Sequence record: PP777464.1
Strand: one strand, 5' to 3'
DNA: 64,000 nucleotides
Below the pieces are notes generated by a model. It did not search any database. It saw only the letters and a list, made by a program, of their open reading frames with translations, and was not told where the DNA came from. Made by a program: the position numbers and the translations under genes. Of this stretch, positions 19,200-30,500 are shown piece after piece (the first letter of the stretch is position 1; each line of letters opens with the position of its first letter).

Positions 19200-21488
19200 A
19201 TGAATCTTACCCAATTATTCAAAAAAAGCGACGAACTGGCAACTTCTCTGGGTCATACATTCTTGACTATTGACCATCTAAGTGCTACAGTACTGACAAT
19301 CGATAGCATCAAAGCAGTATTTGAAGATATGAACATCGATGCAGACAACCTACACGGTCGTTTGATTGCATATCTGAAGAATACAACATTCCCACATGCA
19401 CCTAAAAGTGCTGATGGTGATGAAGCGAACCGCACATCACTTCTCGTGAACCGTGTAGTTCAGGAACTTTCTAAGAAATCAGTAATTGAGCAACTTAAAC
19501 GTGATGATTTCTCAATTGATGCTTATTTTGTACTGTTTGAGTGTTTGTCCTTCCCAAATACTGCACTAGAAGCAGCATTGCGTGAAGAGGGTATCACTTG
19601 TACTGAAGCAGCACGAACTCTACAGAAGCACGTAGAAGCAATCGACAACGGAATCAACCTTCAAAGCATTAGTGATGAGCCAACTGGGGAGAAAAAAGTG
19701 GCACAACAGCAACCATCGTCCAAACAAAAAGGTTTAGAAGATTACACCACTAACCTAACCGCACTTGCAAAAGAAGGTAAACTTGACCCAATGATTGGTC
19801 GCCAGAAAGAGCTTTCTGCACTGATTGAAACTCTGGCCCGTAAGACTAAGAAGAATGCCATCCTGACTGGTGAAGCTGGTGTTGGTAAAACTCAAATCAT
19901 TGATGGTCTAGCACAGGCAATCGCTGATGGTGAAGTACCAGAGCATCTTAAAGATGTTGAAATTCTGTCTCTGAACGTAGGTGCACTGACTGCTGGTACT
20001 AAGTACCGTGGTGAGTTCGAAGAACGTATCGATAACCTACTAAAAGAACTGAAGAAACGTGAAAACACTATTGTGTTCATCGATGAAATCCATATTATGG
20101 TTGGTGCTGGGTCAGCAAGCAACGGTTCTATGGATATGAGCAACATGCTCAAACCTGCACTATCTCGTGGTGAGATTCGTGTAATCGGTGCAACAACTTA
20201 CGATGAATATCGTAAAAACATCGAAAAAGATAGTGCACTAACTCGCCGTTTCATGAAAATTGATGTAGTTGAGCCAACAATTGATGAAACCCGTGCGATT
20301 GTGAATGGTTTGAAATCTACTTATGAAACTTTCCATAACGTAGAGTTCAGTACTGAAGCAATGGATGCAGTTATTACACTAAGTGATAAGTTCCTGAAGA
20401 ACAAGCACTTCCCCGACAAAGCAATCGACCTAATGGATGCGGCGGCAGCGAAAGTACGTTCTCGTGAAACTGATGATAACATCATCACTGTTGCACTGAT
20501 TCAAGAAGTTGTTGCAGGTATCGCAAACCTAGATATTAACGTGGTTGCTTGCACTGAAAGTGAACGTATGCGTAATCTACCAGATGCACTACGTTCTCGT
20601 GTATACGGTCAAGAAGAAGCAGTACAGAAACTGGTTGATAACGTGATGGTAGCTCGTGCTGGTCTGCGTGATAAATCAAGTGTTCAAGGTGCATTCATGT
20701 TTGTTGGGCCATCTGGTACTGGTAAAACTGAAATTACCAAAGCACTGGCTGATGCAACTGGCTCTGAACTGATTCGTTTCGATATGTCCGAGTTTTCACA
20801 GGAACATACTGTTGCTAAACTGATTGGTTCACCTCCAGGCTATGTTGGTCACGATTCCGGTAACGGTCTGCTACTCGACAAGATTGAGCAGTTCCCGAAT
20901 GCAGTACTGTTGCTTGATGAAATCGAAAAAGCTGATCGTAAAGTACTACTAACCTTCCTACAGGTTCTGGACGAAGGACGTTTGACTGGTTCACAAGGTA
21001 AAACTGTTTACTTCAATAACGTAACTGTTATTATGACAACTAACCTTGGTGCAGCAGATTCAACCAAGCGTAGTATTGGGATGAGCGGTAGTGATACAGC
21101 ACAAGATAAAGCGATTAAAGCATTCTTGCCACCTGAATTCATCAACCGTATCGATAGTATTGTGACATTCAAAGACCTAAGCAGCGAAGCGATTGACAGC
21201 ATCATTGATAAGTTCATGGGAAGTTTGAATGAACAAATCAAAGACCGCAAAGTTAAAGTTTCACTAACCAAAGCGGCACGTGAGTGGTTGGCAACAAATG
21301 GTGTTAAAGTTGGGATGGGTGCACGTCCAATGAAACGCACTATTGAGCAAAACATCCGTGTCCCACTAGCTAAAGAGATGTTGTGTGGTTCTCTGGTTAA
21401 TGGTGGTAACGTAACGTTTGATGTGATTGATGGTAAATTGGCTATCAAACCTAAACGAACTAAAGCAGTAGAAAAAGTTATTGCGTAA
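19200..21488 (+). CDS. clpA: ClpA-type Hsp100 AAA+ unfoldase
   Basis: Two Walker A motifs (GEAGVGKT, GPSGTGKT), Walker B IVFIDEIH, RFDMSEF..KLIGSPPGYVG. No ClpB M-domain. IGF/L-like loop KRSIGM. Start ATG 19200 with SD AGGAGA. Confidence 0.9.
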   Translation: MNLTQLFKKSDELATSLGHTFLTIDHLSATVLTIDSIKAVFEDMNIDADNLHGRLIAYLKNTTFPHAPKSADGDEANRTSLLVNRVVQELSKKSVIEQLKRDDFSIDAYFVLFECLSFPNTALEAALREEGITCTEAARTLQKHVEAIDNGINLQSISDEPTGEKKVAQQQPSSKQKGLEDYTTNLTALAKEGKLDPMIGRQKELSALIETLARKTKKNAILTGEAGVGKTQIIDGLAQAIADGEVPEHLKDVEILSLNVGALTAGTKYRGEFEERIDNLLKELKKRENTIVFIDEIHIMVGAGSASNGSMDMSNMLKPALSRGEIRVIGATTYDEYRKNIEKDSALTRRFMKIDVVEPTIDETRAIVNGLKSTYETFHNVEFSTEAMDAVITLSDKFLKNKHFPDKAIDLMDAAAAKVRSRETDDNIITVALIQEVVAGIANLDINVVACTESERMRNLPDALRSRVYGQEEAVQKLVDNVMVARAGLRDKSSVQGAFMFVGPSGTGKTEITKALADATGSELIRFDMSEFSQEHTVAKLIGSPPGYVGHDSGNGLLLDKIEQFPNAVLLLDEIEKADRKVLLTFLQVLDEGRLTGSQGKTVYFNNVTVIMTTNLGAADSTKRSIGMSGSDTAQDKAIKAFLPPEFINRIDSIVTFKDLSSEAIDSIIDKFMGSLNEQIKDRKVKVSLTKAAREWLATNGVKVGMGARPMKRTIEQNIRVPLAKEMLCGSLVNGGNVTFDVIDGKLAIKPKRTKAVEKVIA

Positions 21489-21493
21489 AAAAG

Positions 21494-21520
21494 AAAAGGA
21501 GAGCAAATGCTCTCCTTTTT
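21494..21520. terminator. Bidirectional terminator
   Basis: AAAAGGAGAGCA-aa-TGCTCTCCTTTT. Confidence 0.9.
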
Positions 21521-21521
21521 G

Positions 21522-24500
21522 TTATTTAACTTCTAATAGATTTTTAATGTCATTACCACTTATTTGCAAACTATCGGAGTAAACAGATAGTTCGATTGGA
21601 TAACTGTTAACACTATAACGTTTTAGTAAATTAACTTTACCTAAGTTCAAGCCATTAAATGAATATGTCACATTCTCTTTAAAGTCGTGTTCTGCACTAT
21701 ACATTACCCCACGGAGTAAGTTATTTGCAAATCGTACTTCAACTTTTTCAAAACCAAGAGAAATAATATCATTCATACTTGCACCAGCACCAGATAGAAC
21801 ATTATTAGTAACACTATATGGACTAACTGAATCTGGTTGTGAAACATAAGTAGCATTTTCTTCACTGATAGCAGTAATGTTAGTTACTGTTCCACCAATT
21901 ACACCAATATATGTATCACTAACTAGTGGATATGCATATTCCCATACCCCTTCAGTATTCAGTACTGGTTGAATAATACCAACATCATACTCGAACACGT
22001 TAATTTCCACACTATCAGTCATTTTGGTTCTCACTAACTCACTAAGAACACCTGCACCAGTAATTGGTAAGTTATATCCGTTATCAATGGTAACACCATC
22101 AACTTCAAATATCTCGTTAGACACTACCCAAACATCAACGTCATCTGGTGTAATTCCATCATTATAAGAACCACCGTATAGTGTTGTGTCGTAGAATACT
22201 TCATAGTTCATTGCGTCGATAGCATAGTTTCTATTTGTTTCATACAACTTAACACCATCAACCAAGAATTCTGGATCAGCAAAGGTTCTAATACGAACGA
22301 TGTTCAATGCTAGAGGTATTGCTGGTTCATTCTGTTGTTGTTTAGTGATGTTATCATAACGAAGTACAACTCCAGTACTATCTAGTAGTTCTACAGTTCC
22401 GTTCGCAGTGTTTCTTACTGTGTACAAGGTTGGTGTGGTGTCAGTTTTGATTTTTGATACACTCAAGATGGTTTCCCATGCATTGTTTTGGTATCTCACA
22501 TAATCTTCACCATCAGTTGTGAATATCATAACCTTATCACCATCAGATAGGGTATTGTCAATTACTTCAGCTTCTGTATCACTAACAATTGATTTAATTT
22601 TATAGAAGTATTTTTCATCATACTTACTGTATGATTTACTAATATCATTTTCAATCTTAGCGTAAGAAGGAATACTAACAATTGCTTCTGTTGTTTTATA
22701 AGGGTTGATAATAACCATACCTTCAGTTTTATATCTACTATTGTCTCTCAATTGAACTAGTGAAACACTATTGAATCCATAACCATCAACTGTGAAGCGA
22801 ATCTGACCAATCTTTCTTCCTGATGGGTTAATATCAGAAATGTCGATTATGTACGGATCTACTTCGTCACCTTCAACTTCCCATTTTAACTCGGAAGTTT
22901 GTGATTCAAGTGCTAGATTATCAAATGCATTCATATCATCGTAGTACTTAGCATCGGTGATGCTATCTAGGATGTGCTGATAATCACTGTACATTGGGTT
23001 ATTTCTATCAAGAGGTAAGTCATCAAGATTTATTTCTGCCAATTGAACTAGTTGACCGTCAGTTATGAATTTGTCTTCCATGAAATCATCAATGCTTTGG
23101 TCATCTGGGATACTCTCGTATACACCATTAACATTAACATAAACATATTTTCGTGGCATCATAGTAAATGCATGAATATCAATAGGCATTCTACTTAGTA
23201 TTTCTTCAGCCTTTTCATAATGGTCGGTAGCATCTTTGTCATACAAACCACGCATACCAGACAATACATGAATTGCGTCATTGTAGAATCGTTGATTTCC
23301 ATCTTCATCTACATGGCGATATGAATAAACACCATATTCAACTTCAAGTATAATTCTAACTTCATCATCAGTTGCAGTAGTATTGTTTTCTTTAATTAAA
23401 GAAACATACTTTTTATACAACTCACTACTAACTTCAAAGTAACCAAAGTTATAATCAGTACTGGATGCATAACCAAACGGTAGTCTGGTACTTGGATTAT
23501 CATCATAGGTTAACCCACTAAATCCACATCCAACTTCATCATGAATTACTTCATCATCTGCACCTGTGTACAATTTCAAACGGTTAGAGAGTGTGTTATA
23601 CTGAACATAATGATTTACGTCATTAAACATTTCATTTTGTGTTGATTCTTTATATACACGATTCAACGTTTCTGTGAATTCTGCGGTTGCTACCAAATCA
23701 TCTGCATGGTCTGCATACCATTGGTTAACACCGTAAGCAATCCCTAGAGTTACGTTCAATTCTGGGTAATACAATTGCATCTGATAAGCAACCAATAGGT
23801 CGAAATCTTCATCACTGTATTCTGGGAATGTATATTTGTAACGTTGTAATTCAAAATTACTAACAACATCTTGTGCATTAGATTGATATTTCTTATTCAC
23901 TTCTTCCAATACATCAACACTTGCCAAATTATCATTTGGTTTACATTGAGTGTTGTCGTAGTGCATGATAACATCAATTTCTTGGAAACGGCGATTAGGT
24001 GTTACGAAATCACTTGGCAATTCACCAACTTGCTCCCAACGTTGAGTTACCTCATTGAATTGAGCATATTCATAATCCCAAATGTCTTTTTCCGTTTTAA
24101 CCCAAGTCCCATCTGCAAATATATAGCCATTAGGATCTAAATCATTACACAAACCTTTAATTAAATCATCATCTGAAGTTTTCTGTTCAATCTGGGAACG
24201 AATCTTAGTTCTATATGGTTTAACTTCTTCAAAGTACTCAACGATTTGATTAATCAAGTTGTCGTTGGAATAGTTCTGTACTAATGATTGTTCTAAACCT
24301 ACAATATAAATGTAAGATGTTTTGAATACCCAATCAACAACGCTTTGTTCTACGTGAACATACTTAACCATATCAAACACAATTTCACTCTGATGTAAGT
24401 CGAATGAGTTCTTCAATAAAGCTAGTGCTTTACGAACGTTAATCTCACGATTACTCAACGAACCATTAGCATCACGAACTGTATAGTCAGCGTATAACAT

Positions 24501-27500
24501 ATCATTCAATTCAACTGTACTATTTTCACGACCAATTGCTTTCCAGTAAACTGAATCACGTGATTGTGCTTTAATGTACAATGTCCAGATGCCATCAACA
24601 TCTGTAATTCTGATAATGTCACCAACTTGATAGTTCTTAGTGTTTGCATCTTCTAGGCTGGATTCTTGTGTATATGCAGTATTTTTATCGTAGCCAATAT
24701 CATACCAATCTGCTAGTGACCAGTACTGGGTCATGTCCAATGAAGTTCCTAGTGCTTCAACATAGTCTGATTGTTTAATCATTTTCTGTTGACCTTCACC
24801 ACGGTTTTCCAATGTAATGGTAACCACACTACCAGCACTTGATGGACTATTCATTAGATGAATATAACCATTAGCATCAATATGCACAAAATATACAGAG
24901 CTAGTTGATAGTGGGTTAGGTAATACACCACTAGTACTTACTAGTACTGCGTCGTTTTCTTTGAACTTGTCACTTTCAGGTGCAATGACTAATTCACTAT
25001 TGTAAGTTAGTACACGATATGATACTTCATTCGGGTTAACTTCAGTAGTTTTAACATTAAACACTTCGTCCATTAGAACAGTGTTAGTTGTTATATTCTG
25101 TGAGCGATAATAGTTATTTGCACTTTCTACAAAGTTTCTACGAGCTTCAATTACATCTTGGAACCAAGTCTTATTAGAACCTAAACCGTTTGGTACTAAA
25201 GGATATAGTAAATCAATAACAGTTCCTGATTCAGTAGTTTCTTGACCAATCATAGAATTCCACATAGAAGTCCAGATTGATGGATTGAAGTTATAGCTAT
25301 CACCTTCTTTACATAATTGATACTGGTCATGTTTAATAACTTCAGTATTATCCATGTAATAAGAAACAGTTAAAATACTTGTGTCATCGTTGACTTCAAA
25401 TTGCATATTACTTAGAATGAACGAGCTTTCATTGATTGGTGCAAACCAAGGAATGTTAAGCTGTGCTGGTTCTTTAATAATACGAGCAATATCAGTACAA
25501 GATTTAGTTCTGGAATGCAATGGTGGTACATAGATTGTATCACGAACCCAGAAATAGTATTTTGTAACATAAGTATCAGTTGTGCTATCATATTCTAAGA
25601 ACGTACTATAATTATCTTCCAATGCGGTTCCGCTTGGTAGGTACATAGTATTGTTTTTATTTTTGTTAGCAACGTCTTTACAGTATTTGTCCCAGTTATA
25701 TGGTTCCACTGGCGAACATACCCATTCAAGAACATCAACAGTACTGTGCGGTAGCAATCTGCCCCAGTTATAACGTTTATATTCATTTGTTGCATCAACA
25801 TCCACATTACCATCAGCATCATAGATTGCACGAGTGTAATCTAAGTAGAAAGCAGTGCTGGTGTTCCACCAAACCTGACCAACTTTATCAGCACCCCATG
25901 CTTGAATCAATTCACCATTGCTGTTGTATTGTGCTGGGTCAACTGGAGATGTGTAGGTAACGTTCTGCATCGCTGCACCAGGAATAACACCGTTGATTGG
26001 GTCAAACACGTTTAGGTACAACGCAGTAATGTTAGTACGCTCATCATATGTGGTTGGGCGGTCAAACAAAGTACTTTGTGGAGCTTTAAAACTATATTTT
26101 CTGTCAATGTATTCCTGACGCATCTCTTCAGTACTGAATCGTGAAACATAACGATACAAGCGTGGGCGAGTATCAGGATCAGTGAAGTCAATAGTGATTG
26201 AAGTGTCAAACGGAACTACCATAACTCTAGGGTCATTACCCGCAGTATAATATTGACTTTCTATAGTCAATGTATCTGGCATAAAGTTAGTTTCATCAAC
26301 AAAGTAATAATAATCACCATCATTTAGTGGGATATCATCACTTAGAGTTACTTTACAGAATTGTTCTGCATATACATCGGTATTTTCAATTGGAACGATA
26401 GAGAGCATCTCAACTTCAGTGTCTACTAGTTCGAAAATATTCCACAAATCATTACCATCTTTAAACATCCATACAGAATCTGGGATTTCACCACTGTTAT
26501 TCATATAATTGATACGATCATTATATGCAGTACTGAAATCTTTAGTAACGTATGAAATTTCATCTAGTGTTACAGGACCAATGTCTGGAAGTTGGATATT
26601 CTCACTTCTTCCACTACGCATTGGGAATGAAAACTTACCATTTGGACGAGTAATCCAGCGTGAGTCAACCCCTTGTTCACCGTAATAAACAATACCATTA
26701 CCAGTACCATTTGATGTAGCATTAACATCAAACGAAACCATCTGTGGTTGTTGCTTAAATTGGTCATTGATTAGTTTAAATTGTAGATTTTTCTTACCAT
26801 TGATATTACCATAAGTACCAATCTTAAATGCCCATTCCTGAAGTGCTTTATATTCATCAGTGTCGTAAGATTTAGAAACGCGTAGTACTTTTTCCATTAC
26901 TTGGTTAGTACCTTTGTCATGAATGAATCCTTTATAGAAATCAACACGACTAACATCACTACTAATCATACGTTGTAGATAATCACGAGTTTGATAGCCA
27001 ATCAAGTGATTTGATAACTCTTGAAGCTGAACATCACTCACAGGAGTTTCACTATTATAATATAATTCAAAATCAGTTACTAATTTTTCAAATGATGGTA
27101 AAGTTCCTGCTTCTAGGATAATGAAACCAGGTGCTTGTAGGCGACCAGTCCATGACCCAGTAATGTAACCATACATTTTAATCAATTCTTGAATAGCACC
27201 ATAAGTTGGTTGGTAAATGTAATCACCAAAGATAGTTTTATCATCAAAAACAACTGCGTGTTCATATGAACTTAGGCTCAAACGAATCAACGCCATACGT
27301 TTTTGTGATTCAGATGTAGTTCTCACTGTGAATACGTTACCGATACGCGAAGTTTCGATTTCATATTGACGGATACCTTGGTTTTCATCATCGAGTAGTG
27401 ACCAAACACCACCACTGTTCTGTGTAACAGATTGAACTGAACCAAAATCTGCACCAAATTTAGCATTAGCTGCACTTGGAGTACAGGAGATGAACTCACC

Positions 27501-30500
27501 AGTACTTAAATTATTCTGACTCCAAATAACAAAGTCTTTAGCAATAGTTGTCCAGTCTTGTTGAGCACCACTATCATTTACATCTTCAAAAATCCAGCCA
27601 TGTTCTTTTAGATATTCACCATATCCACAAATGAAAGTATAAACTTCTTGGTATGTATTGAATATTTTACCATATTCTAATGTACCTTCAGATTTCCATT
27701 CATTGTAATGAACAACAGTTCTGTCTTCCAATTTAAGAGTTACTTTTCTTCCATTTTTAACTGGAATTTTATACTTAAATTTAGCACCAACTAAATCATA
27801 ACCATCAATTTGATATGCACTACCATTCCAAGTAATTTTTACTGCACTCATTTGCTCATCGCGAATGTTATTGGAACGAACTAGACCGATAGTTTGGTTT
27901 TCTTGTGAAATCAAACCGAAAGATTTAGCAGTGAATGTCAATTGGTCTGCTTTAGTAAAGCCACCAATTTTGTGAGCAACATTAACATAAGAAGAACGAA
28001 CAACGTCACCGTATTTGGTGGTAATGTTCTTGTTCTGATACATCAAATAGTCACTAACAAACATTTGATAACCGATAGTACGGGTATTTTTCTCACCATG
28101 TACTAATGTAGTACTGTCAAAGTTTAGACGCTTACGAGTTTCACCATAAAGGAACTGTGAACCATCAGTATAAACTGGTTTGAGGTTATCATTACGGGTA
28201 TCCCAGTAATAGTTTACAAACTGTGCTGGTTTTGCTTTGTATAGAAGAAGCATTTGGTCATAAGCAAACATCGCAGTGTTCATGTAAGTGAATTCCATGT
28301 CACCCATGTCACCATAAGACCACGGTTCTGCACGATGATCTAAATTACCACTAACAAGACCTAAAACTTCAGGTGCAATATACTCCACTTCACAAATATC
28401 AATACCAGTACTGGTTTTCTCGCCAGTCTTAGTGATTTTAAATGGCTGTACACCGAAACGCTTGTATTTGTCATATTGACCACGGCGTTCACCTGACAAA
28501 ATAGTACCAGTGCTGCTGTCACCGATAGTACCATCAATATCCCACAAACCACTTGGGACCAAATCACCACTTTCATTCATTACTAGTGCTTCATACACAT
28601 AAACAACATCACCTTCACGTTCACCAACTTGAACTGCGGTTGGTTCGTATTCTTGGTTCCACCAAGTAGGACGTTGAGAGAAGCCCATCATTTCCCACGG
28701 ATGGGTTGCTGGACGATATGTGCCGTATTGGTCAGTATAGATTGCACGCCATGAACCACGAGCAGGAATTTCAGTACGTTGACCATCAACAACATAATAA
28801 CTACCAGTATAGTTCCAAGTTCTCCAGTTATTTGCATCATAATCATGAGTACTGTTACTAATACCATTGGTTGCTGTGAAGTTAATGTAACCACGTAGCA
28901 ATAGAGTTTTCTTTTCTTCTGCACTATAATCAGTACCAGTGAAATATGGAGTTGGGAATAGGTCTTCACTGTTTAGTACTGGTTTATAATCAATATCCTT
29001 GAAAGTAAGGTCAATACTATTAAAGATACGATTCTCCAATTCGAAAACAACGTCATCCATTTTATCAACACCATTGATAACACGGTATGCTTTTGAAATA
29101 ATACCAGTATGACTGATATTATACCAGCTAGATTTACTACCAGCAGTTAAGAATGTTGCTTTTTGTGGTGTATAAGCTTGCAAAATACCCAAAAACTGTG
29201 GAGTTGGTGGGACAAATGCACGAATAAACCCAGCAGTGCTTGCAACGTTGTCATAGTAGAATGGGAATGTACTATCACGTCCCATATTAATAGCTGTTAG
29301 AATCGCATCTACGATGTTTGATGCACTATTACCAAGAAATGCACTTGGATCTTCTTCATACAAACGAAGCATTTGAGTGTTGAACTTGTTGATGAAGCGG
29401 AAGTATTCTGCTTGCATAAACATGATTGATTCAAACAAATCAATATCTTCATTAGCGGTATGTGCCATTAGTGGTAGCATAGACGCTTCGTTTTGAATAA
29501 TTTTAGTACCTACACCATTATTAACCAAACCAGCAGCCAAACGTTCTTCGTAATTGTTAAAGTCATCAGCAGAACCAGATGTAATATTCTTTTGAATAAT
29601 ATCTTGGAAGTGCAGGGTGTAATCACCTTGGTTGATGTATTCAATGTTTGAATTATATGGGTTATTTTGTAGGTTAATTGGAACTTCATATGCACCCAAC
29701 TCTTTATTAGGAGTGATAGTGCTACTATAAGTTCTGATTTGTACAACAGAATCTTCATCCAAATCAACAGAGCTATCAATTGTAATACTTTGTACTTGAT
29801 TATTAACTACAGTTTTGGTGTATTCTTTTATTTCCACACCATCAACAACTAGTTCGATAATATCATCAGAATTATCTAGTACTTTTTGTGCCAATTCAAA
29901 TGTATGATTGTACTTAACGCTTTGTACCCCATCACCAACGATAACATGCCAATCAAGATATGTTTCACGTTCTGCTTTGTAATATTGATATGTTCTATCA
30001 ACTTCAATTACATAAGCATACATTCCTTCAACTGGATCTTTGAAACTTTCCATGTCATAAACAGTACTGAACACGCGGAACATTACTGTACGTTCAACCT
30101 GTGGAGTTTGTTTAACATATTGTTTGGAGTATTCAGTACTACGAACCCAATCAGTTTCTAGGTTCATTGTATTACCTTCACCAATTACGTTATAGTAATA
30201 TAGTCCATCAATTTCAACTTCCACACCCAAATGCTCGTAAGTATAACGAGTTGATTGTAGGAAATTCTCATATGTGTAATAATTGTAATCACCTAGTTCA
30301 ATGTTATAACCATAAACGCTATCAGTTGCATAATTATAGTTAATTTTAAAACCAAATAGTGAAGAACCAGTAAAAGTACTTGATGGATAGGTAGTAGTGT
30401 TGTTTAGTTTAACACCATTACGGTCATACAATTGGAATTGTGGAAATACGTTCACAGAAGTTTTAGACTGTGCTTGAATCCAATGAGAACCGTCCCAATA

